DNA from: Candidatus Gastranaerophilales bacterium
GTDB lineage: Bacteria > Cyanobacteriota > Vampirovibrionia > Gastranaerophilales > Gastranaerophilaceae
DNA length: 45,054 bases
NCBI GenBank assembly: GCA_944323215.1
Contig: CALURS010000001.1
Span: 1 to 45,054, forward strand
Reading direction: 5' to 3'
Part shown: piece by piece, positions 18,997 through 29,106 of the stretch
Numbering within the stretch: the stretch's first letter is position 1
Layout: every line of letters begins with the position of its first letter
Notes under the pieces: generated by a model
Told to the model about the DNA's origin: nothing
What the model saw: the letters and a program-made list of their open reading frames with translations, nothing else
Database searches by the model: none
Program-made: the position numbers and the translations under genes

Positions 18997-21840
18997 TTAT
19001 TCAAAAAACGGTTTCAAATATTGTCCTGTATAAGATTTTTTGCATTTAGAAAGCTCTTTAGGTGTTCCGCAAGCAACAATTTCACCGCCGCCTTCTCCGC
19101 CTTCGGGGCCTAAATCTATTATGTAATCAGCTACTTTAATCAAATCCAAATTGTGTTCAATAATTAAAATAGTATTCCCGTTATCTGCAAGTCTTTGTAA
19201 GATTTTAATAAGTTTATCCAAGTCATACCAATGCAGACCTACAGAAGGCTCATCAAGCAGATAAAGAGTTTTACCTGTTGCTCTTTTGTTTAGTTCTGCT
19301 GCAAGCTTAATTCTTTGTGCTTCTCCACCTGAAAGTGTAGTTGCACTTTGCCCGAGTTTTATATAATCAAGCCCTACATCGTTTAAGGTTTCCAACTTGT
19401 TTCTGATCTGCGGGATATTTTCAAAGAATTCTAACGCTTCTTTGACGCTCATTTCTAAAATGTCTGAAATTGTTTTACCTTTATATTTAACTTCCAAAGT
19501 TTCTCGATTATATCTTTTACCCTTACACACATCGCACTTAACATATACATCAGAAAGGAAGTTCATTTCTATTTTAAGCACACCGTCGCCGCTGCAAGCT
19601 TCACAGCGTCCGCCTTTAACATTAAAACTGAATCTCCCCGGCTTGTAACCTCTCATTTTGGCTTCATTGGTTTTTGCAAAAAGTTCTCTTATCGGTGTAA
19701 ATACATCAGTATAAGTTGCGGGATTTGAACGAGGAGTTCTGCCTATCGGTGATTGGTCAATAGCTATTACTTTGTCAAGGTTTTCAAAACCAAGAATCTC
19801 ATCTACTCCTTGAGGCTTTGGTTTATTTTTTCTTAGTTTATGAGCCGCATATTCATAAATCAAACTCTGCATAAGCGTTGACTTGCCTGAGCCTGAAACA
19901 CCTGTTAATACGACCATTTTACCTAATGGAATATCAATATCAATATTTTTTAAATTATTAAGATGAGCATTTCTTACTTGAAGATAATAACCGTTTCCTT
20001 CTCTGATCTTTTCCGGAATAGGTATCTTATATTCACCTGAAAGATATTTACCGGTAATAGAATTATCATTTGCAATAATATCTTCAATTGAGCCTGCAGC
20101 AATAACATTTCCGCCATTTATTCCTGCCTTTGGTCCAATATCAATTATATAATCCGCATTCCTGATAGTATCTTCATCGTGTTCAACAACAATTAATGAA
20201 TTGCCCAAATTCCGCAATTTAATAAGCGTTTTAATTAGCCTATCATTATCTCTCTGGTGAAGTCCGATTGAAGGCTCATCTAATACATACAACACACCGG
20301 ATAGTCCGCTGCCTATCTGTGTCGCAAGTCTTATTCTCTGCGCCTCGCCACCTGATAAAGTCCCTGCCATTCTTGCTAAATTCAGGTAACTTAAGCCAAC
20401 ATCTTTTAAAAATTTTAATCTGTTTCTGATTTCATCTAAGATTTGTTTAGCAATCTTCATTTGAAAATCACTAAGTTCCAGATAAAGTGATGAAATAAAC
20501 TCAAATGCTTCATCAATAGATAATAAGCAAAATTCGTGGATATTTTTCCCCATAATTCTAACAGCAAGCGGAAACGGCTTTAGCCTTGCACCACCACACG
20601 ACTGGCACGGTACCATTATCATATATTTTTCAATTTCGCTTCTCCAATAATCTCCGTCGGTTTCGTGATAACGCTTCATTAAATAGGGGATAACCCCAGG
20701 GAATTTTGCCATTCTTGTTTTGTAGCGCCTTGTACCAAACTCTTTTACACGAATTTGCATATAGTCATTTGAGCCATAAAGAATTATATTTTGCTGCTCA
20801 TCAGTCAAATTTTTGAACGGAGCTTTTGTATCAATTCCATAATGCTCGGCAACACAGTCTATCAAATCTTTATAATAATCGTTTGATGTCTTACTCCAAG
20901 GATAAATTGCACCATCCTCAAGCGACTTATCCTTATCAGGAACTACTAAGTCAGGATCAATTCGATAATCAACGCCAATACCTGAGCATTTGTCGCAAGC
21001 TCCGTAGGGATTATTAAATGAGAAAATCCTCGGTGCTAATTCTTCAAAGCTTATATTACATTTTTTACATGCCAGCTTTTCACTGTATAATTTTTCTTCG
21101 CCGCCAACAATGTCTATAGCTGTTAATCCATCAGCTTTTTCAAGAGCTATTTGTACAGAATCGGTTATTCTGGAACGTGCACTTTCCTTTACAACAACAC
21201 GATCTATAACAACTGAAACTGTATGTTTTTTGGTTTTAGCAAGAGTTATTTCATCTTCTTCAAGATTATAAATTTCATCATCAACTTTTACTCTTACAAA
21301 TCCCTCTTGTCTGAGTTCTTCAAATAAAGATTGAAACTCGCCCTTTTTTCCACTGACAATAGGTGCTAAAATCTGAATTTTAGTTCCTTCTTCAAGTGTA
21401 AGAATATTATTAACAATCTCATCAATGGTTTGCGGCTTAATTTCCTCTCCGCAGATTGGACAATAAGGAGTTCCAACTCTTGCGTATAAAAGCCTTAAAT
21501 AATCATAAATTTCTGTTACTGTCCCAACAGTTGAACGAGGGTTATTACTGGTAGATTTCTGGTCAATAGATATAGCAGGAGTAAGTCCGTCTATGTAATC
21601 AACATCAGGCTTATCCATTTGCCCTAAGAATTGACGAGCGTATGTTGAAAGGCTCTCTACATAACGTCTTTGTCCTTCTGCAAATATTGTATCAAAAGCA
21701 AGCGAACTTTTGCCAGAACCTGAAACTCCTGTCATTACTACAAGTTCGTTTTTGGGAATATCTAATGAAACATTTTTTAAATTGTGCTCTCTTGCACCTT
21801 TTATAGTTATCTTATCAATCATAATGTTATGGTACTCCAT
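18997..21840 (-). CDS. uvrA: Excinuclease ABC subunit A
   Basis: 947 aa with two ABC ATPase modules ([10 protein letters not shown] and [10 protein letters not shown]), zinc-finger cysteines, and two LSGGEAQR signatures. Confidence 0.97.
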   Translation of the reverse strand: MEYHNIMIDKITIKGAREHNLKNVSLDIPKNELVVMTGVSGSGKSSLAFDTIFAEGQRRYVESLSTYARQFLGQMDKPDVDYIDGLTPAISIDQKSTSNNPRSTVGTVTEIYDYLRLLYARVGTPYCPICGEEIKPQTIDEIVNNILTLEEGTKIQILAPIVSGKKGEFQSLFEELRQEGFVRVKVDDEIYNLEEDEITLAKTKKHTVSVVIDRVVVKESARSRITDSVQIALEKADGLTAIDIVGGEEKLYSEKLACKKCNISFEELAPRIFSFNNPYGACDKCSGIGVDYRIDPDLVVPDKDKSLEDGAIYPWSKTSNDYYKDLIDCVAEHYGIDTKAPFKNLTDEQQNIILYGSNDYMQIRVKEFGTRRYKTRMAKFPGVIPYLMKRYHETDGDYWRSEIEKYMIMVPCQSCGGARLKPFPLAVRIMGKNIHEFCLLSIDEAFEFISSLYLELSDFQMKIAKQILDEIRNRLKFLKDVGLSYLNLARMAGTLSGGEAQRIRLATQIGSGLSGVLYVLDEPSIGLHQRDNDRLIKTLIKLRNLGNSLIVVEHDEDTIRNADYIIDIGPKAGINGGNVIAAGSIEDIIANDNSITGKYLSGEYKIPIPEKIREGNGYYLQVRNAHLNNLKNIDIDIPLGKMVVLTGVSGSGKSTLMQSLIYEYAAHKLRKNKPKPQGVDEILGFENLDKVIAIDQSPIGRTPRSNPATYTDVFTPIRELFAKTNEAKMRGYKPGRFSFNVKGGRCEACSGDGVLKIEMNFLSDVYVKCDVCKGKRYNRETLEVKYKGKTISDILEMSVKEALEFFENIPQIRNKLETLNDVGLDYIKLGQSATTLSGGEAQRIKLAAELNKRATGKTLYLLDEPSVGLHWYDLDKLIKILQRLADNGNTILIIEHNLDLIKVADYIIDLGPEGGEGGGEIVACGTPKELSKCKKSYTGQYLKPFFE

Positions 21841-21868
21841 ACGGAATTATATATCAAATAAAGCGGCG

Positions 21869-22984
21869 TTAATAGCTAAATTTTCCCATAACAACACGTT
21901 TTTTTGCACCGGTGCACTCAGGAAGATTGTTAGATATTCCATAATATGCACAGTAACCAAGTAAAGCAAAAGCCATCGCTTCCTTATAATTATTAGAAAT
22001 TCCAAAATCCTCGTGGGTATTTAATTCAATACTATTGGGCAAATATTGTCTTAAGAATTTCAAAATAGCTTTGTTATAGGCTCCTCCGCCGCCAATAATT
22101 ATTCTTTCCGGAGTAACATATGGGAAAATAAACCGCTCATAACTCTGTACTATTGATTTTGCAGTAAGTGCCGTAAGGGTAGCAATAATATCCGCATCAT
22201 CATTTGGGGCAAGCTTAAGCATATTTTCTATATATCTTTCATTAAAGTACTCCCTGCCTGTTGTTTTGGGTGGCGAAAGATAATAATATTCATCCTGTAA
22301 TAAGCAATCAAGCCAGCTTTCAGAAACTTTTCCTGAAAGTGCAACTTCTCCGTCTTTATCATAAGGCTGTTTAAATAATTTTTTCATACAGTAATCAATC
22401 ATTAAATTTCCGCAACCGTTATCAAATCCGAATGTCGGAGTATTATCCGAAACAACTGTTACATTAGAAATTCCGCCAATATTTTGAACCAATGAATTCT
22501 TGAACCATTTTTCATCAGCAAAACAAACTAATGGAGCACCTTGACCGCCTGCTGCTATATCTCTTACTCTAAAATCTGAAATAGTAAGACAGTTTGTTCT
22601 CTCTGCTATTACTGCCCCTTCTCCTATTTGTAAAGTGCTTTTTCTTGACAGGCTATCTATTCTTTCATCATAGGGGTAATGGTATACTGTCTGACCATGA
22701 CTTGCTATTATATCAACTTTTCCGAATTCCTCTATCAATATATTAGCTGCTTGAGCAAAACATTCACCGACTAAAAAATTAAGTTGGCATAACTCTTTTA
22801 TATTTATCTCTTCTCTAAAAGCTCTTAATAACATTTCCCTGATATGTACAGGGTAAGAGTGATTTATACCTTTGATTAATTTACAACTCATATCCGGATT
22901 AACTTCGCACAAAGCAGCATCTATACTGTCACAAGATGTTCCTGACATTAATCCTATTACTCTTAATGTTGTTTTCTCTTTCAT
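21869..22984 (-). CDS. anmK: Anhydro-N-acetylmuramic acid kinase
   Basis: 371 aa. [16 protein letters not shown]-terminus and AnmK-like length and motifs (NIGGISN, TGREYF). Confidence 0.9.
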   Translation of the reverse strand: MKEKTTLRVIGLMSGTSCDSIDAALCEVNPDMSCKLIKGINHSYPVHIREMLLRAFREEINIKELCQLNFLVGECFAQAANILIEEFGKVDIIASHGQTVYHYPYDERIDSLSRKSTLQIGEGAVIAERTNCLTISDFRVRDIAAGGQGAPLVCFADEKWFKNSLVQNIGGISNVTVVSDNTPTFGFDNGCGNLMIDYCMKKLFKQPYDKDGEVALSGKVSESWLDCLLQDEYYYLSPPKTTGREYFNERYIENMLKLAPNDDADIIATLTALTAKSIVQSYERFIFPYVTPERIIIGGGGAYNKAILKFLRQYLPNSIELNTHEDFGISNNYKEAMAFALLGYCAYYGISNNLPECTGAKKRVVMGKFSY

Positions 22985-23431
22985 ATCCTATCCTTTTGTT
23001 GATTTTATTATAAAACAATATCTTTTAATTAGAATAGGCTTTAACTTTTTTCTCACTCTTTTTAATTGATTTGTGTTTTTTGTTGTTGACAGGATTTATA
23101 ATCTCCTCAAAATCTGTCTGAAAACTTCCTACCGTAATCTCCAAAATTATGACTTCGCCATCACTCCTTTCTTCCAATAAACACATGTTACTTCTCTAAG
23201 TTTTTAATTACAAGTAACAAAATTATGTAAAAATTTTTACAATTGACCATGCCCCCTATTGCTTCTGTAATCTATACTAGTTTACAAAATTTACAATTAA
23301 ATTTTTCCATTATTTTTCAAAAAATAATGGATTTATCTATTGCTTTTTTTTAGCTTTGCTTCATGTTCACTATTTGTGGGAAGCATGTCTATAATTGGTT
23401 TTTAGAAGATAATTTTGAATTTATAAAATAT

Positions 23432-23474
23432 AAAAAAGATTATATAAAAATAAAATTTTATATAATCTTTTTTT
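23432..23474 (-). terminator. Long AT-rich hairpin downstream of fliA (possibly bidirectional terminator)
   Basis: AAAAAGATTATATAAAA / TTTTATATAATCTTTTT form a perfect ~17-bp inverted repeat flanked by A/T runs. There are very few G-C pairs, so strength is uncertain. Confidence 0.45.
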
Positions 23475-23494
23475 GAAATCTTTTTATAAACAAA

Positions 23495-24166
23495 TTAATA
23501 ATCTACTCTACCGTGTGCCTTTAAATATTCTCTTATATTATTAAGCGAGGCCTGAACAATTCTTGTAATTCTTGAGGGTGATAAACCAATAGTTGTTGCA
23601 ATATCTTTAGCCTGCATATTTCTGTAAAATCTGTATTCAACAACCGTTCTTTCTTTGGGCGGAAGTTTTGCTATAGCTTCCTTAATTAATCTAGACATTT
23701 CAACAATTTCAGCTTTCTCATCGGGCATAGCAGATGTATCTTTAATGAAGTCAAACGGTGAATCGTTATCAGAAGCCGCTGCTGCTAAACCGTCAATTGA
23801 TAAAATAGTTTCATAAACAGCTTCTCTCACTTTGCCTGGAGAAATATTAAATTCTGTTGATTCATCAGCACTATCAATAATTTCATCATCGTCTTTTTTC
23901 TGAGGCTTGCTTTTTATTGAATACCATTTATAACGATGCCTTAATTCGTTACGAATAGCCCATTTAATAGCGGTTCCCATATACGCATCATTGTAGTGAG
24001 CCAGTTGTTCGGGAGTTTTATTTTTAATCATTGCCTGAACAGCAATAATGCCAATACTGACGAGTTCTTCATACTCGATCATATGTTTTGGCATCCTCTT
24101 ATGCTCTATTCTCGCTACTCTCTGAACAACACCTATGTATTGCTTTAATATAGAATTGTTTTCCAT
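23495..24166 (-). CDS. fliA: RNA polymerase sigma factor, FliA/sigma-28 (group 3) family
   Basis: 223 aa with sigma70 regions 2, 3 and 4 (YRFYRNMQAKDIATTIGLSPSRITRIVQASL). Located 13 nt downstream of flhB. Confidence 0.75.
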   Translation of the reverse strand: MENNSILKQYIGVVQRVARIEHKRMPKHMIEYEELVSIGIIAVQAMIKNKTPEQLAHYNDAYMGTAIKWAIRNELRHRYKWYSIKSKPQKKDDDEIIDSADESTEFNISPGKVREAVYETILSIDGLAAAASDNDSPFDFIKDTSAMPDEKAEIVEMSRLIKEAIAKLPPKERTVVEYRFYRNMQAKDIATTIGLSPSRITRIVQASLNNIREYLKAHGRVDY

Positions 24167-24179
24167 AGTTTATTAAAAG

Positions 24180-25262
24180 TTAACTTTTCTCTATATTACT
24201 CTGTTTTTGATTATTTTTCAAGCCATACACAAAAAGTAAAATTTCAGCAACAGCTTTATACAATTCAGGCGGAATTTCTTGGTTGATTTCAACCATTCTG
24301 AACAGTGCTCTTGCAACCGGCGGATTATCAATAATAGGAACTTGATGCTTTTCAGCGATTTCAATAATTTGTCTTGCAATAAGCTCAGTACCTTTAGCAA
24401 TAAGAGTAGGAGATTGCATAGTTTCTGCATCGTATTTTAGTGCACAGGCAACGTGAATGGGGTTTCTTACAACAAAGTCGGCATCAGGAACACTATCCAT
24501 AGCACCTTTTTGCAGCATAGCCATACGGCGTTGTCTTAATGCGGCTTTTACATTTGGATCGCCTTCTGAGTTCTTATATTCATCTTTTATTTCTTTAAAG
24601 GACATCTTTTGGTCTTTTAAAAACTTCCATCTGGTAACTCCATAATCTGCTGCTGCAAGTACCAAAAACGCAATCCCTGCTTTGAACACAAACTCTACTA
24701 TCAATGATCCGAATTCTATCATTATTGCAAATTGGTTATCTATTGCTGCTAGCATTAAAATATTTTCTAAATGTGATTTATAGACCATCCAGCCCACTAT
24801 ACCCAATACAACAACTTTTAGGATATTTTTAAATAATTCAAAAATTGTTTTAGGATTAAAAAGATTTTTAAAATATTTTGTCGGGTTTAATTTATCAAGC
24901 TTAGGTACTAGTGGCGCAACTGTAACCAAAGGACCAACTTGCATAAAATCAGAAAGTATTGCAACAAACGCAGCAATAAACAATAATGGTAAAATAATAA
25001 GTGCAAAAGGTACAAGCGTTGTTGTCATTAAATATGAAATCCCGATATCTTGAATATGAGCATTGGGGATTTGTTCATATAGTTTTGTAAACATACCACT
25101 GATTTGGTTCCATAAAAACGGAGCAATACCTTTTATTATTGCAAACATAATAAGTAATGAAAGAGCGATGCCAACCTCTCTTGATTTGACAACCTGACCT
25201 TCTTTTCGAGCTTTTTCCAGTTTCTGAGGGGTGGCCTCAAACTGTTTATCTTCATCACCCAT
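24180..25262 (-). CDS. flhB: Flagellar export apparatus switch protein FlhB
   Basis: 360 aa. N-terminus (DKQFEATPQKLEKARKEGQV), four TM helices, and a C-terminal autocleavage region reading NPIH (canonical NPTH). Confidence 0.9.
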   Translation of the reverse strand: MGDEDKQFEATPQKLEKARKEGQVVKSREVGIALSLLIMFAIIKGIAPFLWNQISGMFTKLYEQIPNAHIQDIGISYLMTTTLVPFALIILPLLFIAAFVAILSDFMQVGPLVTVAPLVPKLDKLNPTKYFKNLFNPKTIFELFKNILKVVVLGIVGWMVYKSHLENILMLAAIDNQFAIMIEFGSLIVEFVFKAGIAFLVLAAADYGVTRWKFLKDQKMSFKEIKDEYKNSEGDPNVKAALRQRRMAMLQKGAMDSVPDADFVVRNPIHVACALKYDAETMQSPTLIAKGTELIARQIIEIAEKHQVPIIDNPPVARALFRMVEINQEIPPELYKAVAEILLFVYGLKNNQKQSNIEKS

Positions 25263-25283
25263 TTATTATTTTGCCTCTGGTTA

Positions 25284-26663
25284 TTATACTAAATATTTCT
25301 TTATTGTGGATTTATCAAAAACTTCTATGCTGTTTTGTGAATGGATGAAGATTAGACAGCTAATTATTGATTTAAATGATTCAAAATCAATGTAATTTAG
25401 TTTTTGTCTTAAATCAGTCATATTATTGGCTAGAAATTCTGTGATAATTGTTTTGTCATTATAAAAAAGTTCCGATAAAAATTCGATACCTTCTTTAGTT
25501 TTTACTCCTTCCAGATATAAAATATCCGGATTTTGAAATTCTATAAACCTAAGAGCTTTATCCATATTAAAACCTACATTTTCATTCAATTCGCATTGAT
25601 GAACGTTAGGTAAGTTATATTTTGCAATAGATTCAATACTCATAACATTTTTCTTGCCGTTAGCAATATCAAGAAGAATTGAATAGATAACGTGAGTTTT
25701 TCCGCTGAGCGGAGAGCCGCAAACAAGAATGATTCCCGGAGATTCAGCTGCTATCCTGATTTTTTGACGCTGCTTTTCATCAGGAATAAGTTCTTCTAAA
25801 GATTTGGGTCGTTTATATATCTTCAATAAAATTCTTTCTCCCATAATCGTAGGGAAAGCCGAAATACTTGCAGTAAGCATTAGTTCATCAACCTTGAAAC
25901 ACAATTTCCCAAGTTGCGGAATTTCACAAACCGTTGGATCAAGATTTGATAATGTTTTTAATTTAACTACAAAAGCTGCCGATAAAAATGACGGTAAAAG
26001 TCCTTTTTCTATTGTTTCACCATTGGTTTTAAAATATACTCCCAGACCATTATCAGATTGTTCAAAATATATTTCGTGGACTCCTTCTATGATTGCCTGC
26101 TTCAAAATCGCTCTTATAATTCTTTGAATATGATCATCACCTGCATTTTTATGAAGTTCTTCTCTCCAATCAAAGCCTTCTGCTGAGTCCTCTAAATAAA
26201 TTTCTTTTACAGTTTCTGCTTCATTATAATATTCATCTATTTTTTTAAGAATAACACTCTCAGAAGCAATTACAGGCTCAATTGAACACTCTGCTGACTC
26301 TATAATTTTATCTACTGCAAATAAATCAAGAGGATCTGCCATTGCAACAGTTAAAACATCTTCTATTTTGAATAACGGAATAATCTTATATCTTCTTGCA
26401 TCATTATAATTTATAAGAGAAAAACATTTGGGGTCCGGTGCATAATCCTCAAGATTAACATAGGGAATATGAAGTTTGTTTTCTAAAAATTTTAGAAGTT
26501 TAACTTCTTCTATAACACCTGAGTTGATAAGTGCTTGCCCAATATTAATTTTTTGGGATTCAGCAAGCTCGTCTGCCCTCTCCAGGACTTCATAAGAGAC
26601 AATTCCATCTCTTACAAGTTCATATTTGAGTTTTTCTAATGTTTTATTTGTGACTGCTTCCAT
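25284..26663 (-). CDS. GspE/PilB-family protein with T2SSE_N (MshEN-like) N-domain and degenerate ATPase core
   Basis: 459 aa. The N-terminal repeats (LVRDGIVSYEVLERADELAESQ; IGQALINSGVIEEVKLLKFLENK...IIPLFKIEDVLTVAMADPLD) are typical of the GspE N-domain. Walker A is retained (GSPLSGKT). The Asp box, Walker B and His box are diverged (SIESIAKY, DILYLEGV, no TGH..LHT), and there is no C-terminal Zn-cysteine motif. Confidence 0.75.
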   Translation of the reverse strand: MEAVTNKTLEKLKYELVRDGIVSYEVLERADELAESQKINIGQALINSGVIEEVKLLKFLENKLHIPYVNLEDYAPDPKCFSLINYNDARRYKIIPLFKIEDVLTVAMADPLDLFAVDKIIESAECSIEPVIASESVILKKIDEYYNEAETVKEIYLEDSAEGFDWREELHKNAGDDHIQRIIRAILKQAIIEGVHEIYFEQSDNGLGVYFKTNGETIEKGLLPSFLSAAFVVKLKTLSNLDPTVCEIPQLGKLCFKVDELMLTASISAFPTIMGERILLKIYKRPKSLEELIPDEKQRQKIRIAAESPGIILVCGSPLSGKTHVIYSILLDIANGKKNVMSIESIAKYNLPNVHQCELNENVGFNMDKALRFIEFQNPDILYLEGVKTKEGIEFLSELFYNDKTIITEFLANNMTDLRQKLNYIDFESFKSIISCLIFIHSQNSIEVFDKSTIKKYLV

Positions 26664-26687
26664 ATCCCGCCTTTATAGAGTCTTTTT

Positions 26688-27059
26688 TTATGTTGCTGAA
26701 CCTATATATTCTTCCACTTTTTTTACAACTTGATCGAGTTCAAAAGGTTTTGTCATATATTCATTAACCCCTGTTTCTTCTCCAATCAGTTTATCCTCTG
26801 TTTGTGAACGTGCCGTAAGCATTATGATTGGTATATCTTTATATTTATTGTCGTATTTTAAAAGTCTGCTTATTTTATATCCGTTTATTTTAGGCATCAT
26901 TACATCAAGGATTATTAAATCAGGCATCAATTCTTTTGCCAGCCTTAATCCATCTTCTCCATTATATGCACAATAGCAGGTATATCCGGATACTTCCAAT
27001 ATAAATTTTAAACTCTCGACGATATCTTGCTCATCATCAACTATGAGAACTTTTTTCAT
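26688..27059 (-). CDS. Single-domain CheY-like response regulator receiver
   Basis: MKKVLIVDDEQD...LIILDVMMP...LTA...KPF receiver signature. The start overlaps the upstream kinase stop. Confidence 0.85.
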   Translation of the reverse strand: MKKVLIVDDEQDIVESLKFILEVSGYTCYCAYNGEDGLRLAKELMPDLIILDVMMPKINGYKISRLLKYDNKYKDIPIIMLTARSQTEDKLIGEETGVNEYMTKPFELDQVVKKVEEYIGSAT

Positions 27060-29049
27060 GAGAATCTCCTTCAATCTCGTATGAATACATTATATCACAC
27101 TTATTTCTCTCTGGCTTGTATTCCTCAAGTGCCGTATATATCTTTTTCTTTAAAAATTCTGCTGATGGTTTATCTCCTTCAGGCATTAACATTGTTATTG
27201 ATGTTATATTATCCTTTAATTTTTCTATTAATGCGTTTTGAAGATAAACCTTATTGATAATATTTTCCGAATTTAAAATATATTCAATAATTTCATTATT
27301 CCCTTTTATGTTAATAACAGCTAATGTAGAAGCGTTTGATTTTGCTTTAATAATCATTTGTTTTTTAATCATCTCGAAATTACTTTTATCATTAGCAACC
27401 GGGATTACAAAATAAAATCTTGAACCTTTTGAAATCTCACTATCACACCAGATTGCACCATTGTGGGCTTCCATTAGTTGTTTGGCAATAGGTAACCCTA
27501 AGCCTGAACCGCCGACTTTTCTTGATAGCGGATTTTCAATTTGAGCAAACTTGTCGAATACATGGTTTAAGTCTTTTCGCTCTATTCCTATACCTTTATC
27601 CTCTACACATACTTGAAGATAATTTCCTTTTAATTTTTTAATTTCTTCTTCAAAACAGTGGTCATATTGAATATCCCTTGCGTTAACTACCTTAGTGGAA
27701 ATCTCGATTACCCCCGCTTCAGGTGTAAATTTGATAGCATTGGATACAAGATTTGTGAGCACTTGTTCTAATCTGTTTGAATCCGCAAAAATTTCTATAT
27801 CTTCATTCATTGGAGTGTATTTCAACTCCAAATTTTTTTCCTTTGCCATCTCAGTTAGATTAGATTTTACATATTCAATAACCGGATTGATATTTATTAA
27901 GGAGAATTTGAAATCCATTTTCCCTGCTTCAATTTTAGAAATATCGAGCAAATCATTTATAATCCCTGATAATCTTACGGTATTTCTTTTTCCCATTGTT
28001 ACAAATTTTTCGATATTTTCGGTCAACTCTCCGGCTTTCCCACTCAAAATTATATCCATTGCATTTTTTATCGCAGTGAGCGGCGTTCTTAATTCGTGTG
28101 AAACAATAGATATAAAATCTGATTTAAGCCTTTCCAATTTTTCAAGCTTTCTATTTGTTTCTCTAATCTCTTGATATAAAGAAGCACTTCTTAATGGTAA
28201 ACTTACTTGCCTTACCATGGTTTGAAAACAAGTTGCATCCTCTGTATTGAAAGGCTTTGAACGGTATATTTCAACAAAACCGTAAAAATCATCATTAAAG
28301 CTGATTTTTGAGAACATACTATCATATCTGAGTACAGAAAAATCATATTCTTGAATTGGATGTTTTATATTTTTTTCTATTTTAAGATTTCCTATTTTAA
28401 TATCAATAGGCGGATCCTCAATGATTGACTTATAGCTCAAAATAGCTCTTAGTTTAAGTGCTTCAAGTAACCTGTCCGAGATATTCTCAATAGAATGAAT
28501 AACTAATACAGGCTCTCTTGGAGAGCGGAAAATCAATACGCAAGCTAAATCAAAGTTTAAGGATTTCTCAATTCCTTCAATCATAATTCGTATTAATTCA
28601 TCTTTATCCAATGAACCTGCCAATTGGGAGCTTGTGCTATAGAGTACGTTTAATTGATACAAACTACGAGCAAGCTCTTGGTTTGAGTTCGCCAATTTTT
28701 CTAACGCAGCCCCGGTTCTTATACCTGCATCAACGGTGGCGGATATGATATTTTTATCTGCATCTTTTGTTATTATTAAATTAGCATGACTTGTTATATC
28801 TTTACCTATAGGAGTTTCACCTGTATACAATATCAAAATTACCGGATAATGTTTGATTGTTTTTATGATTGATTTGATTTCAACAGCTTTTGTATCACAA
28901 TCAAGAATTACAATTTCAGGAGCTTCTACTTTTAAAACATCCTCAATATTGATTTCATCACAAGAGGTTAAAATTTCTTTACCTCTAAGTGCTGATTTTA
29001 TACGTTTTTCCCTGTCTTCTAAATCACTTATTAAAAGTATTCTTGTCAT
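27037..29049 (-). CDS. Histidine kinase with N-terminal receiver-like domain, GAF domain, HisKA/HATPase_c and an unassigned ~110-aa C-terminal extension
   Basis: 670 aa with H-box FISIVSHELRTPLT, and N/G boxes (NLVSNAIKFTP, DKGIGI, GSGLGLPIA). The N-terminus MTRILLISDLED...IVILDCDT resembles a REC domain with an imperfect acidic pocket. Confidence 0.85.
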   Translation of the reverse strand: MTRILLISDLEDREKRIKSALRGKEILTSCDEINIEDVLKVEAPEIVILDCDTKAVEIKSIIKTIKHYPVILILYTGETPIGKDITSHANLIITKDADKNIISATVDAGIRTGAALEKLANSNQELARSLYQLNVLYSTSSQLAGSLDKDELIRIMIEGIEKSLNFDLACVLIFRSPREPVLVIHSIENISDRLLEALKLRAILSYKSIIEDPPIDIKIGNLKIEKNIKHPIQEYDFSVLRYDSMFSKISFNDDFYGFVEIYRSKPFNTEDATCFQTMVRQVSLPLRSASLYQEIRETNRKLEKLERLKSDFISIVSHELRTPLTAIKNAMDIILSGKAGELTENIEKFVTMGKRNTVRLSGIINDLLDISKIEAGKMDFKFSLININPVIEYVKSNLTEMAKEKNLELKYTPMNEDIEIFADSNRLEQVLTNLVSNAIKFTPEAGVIEISTKVVNARDIQYDHCFEEEIKKLKGNYLQVCVEDKGIGIERKDLNHVFDKFAQIENPLSRKVGGSGLGLPIAKQLMEAHNGAIWCDSEISKGSRFYFVIPVANDKSNFEMIKKQMIIKAKSNASTLAVINIKGNNEIIEYILNSENIINKVYLQNALIEKLKDNITSITMLMPEGDKPSAEFLKKKIYTALEEYKPERNKCDIMYSYEIEGDSHEKSSHS

Positions 29050-29106
29050 ATTATTATATTAACAGTAAATCATTGCATGGCAAATTATGACAAGATTTTA
29101 ATAATT

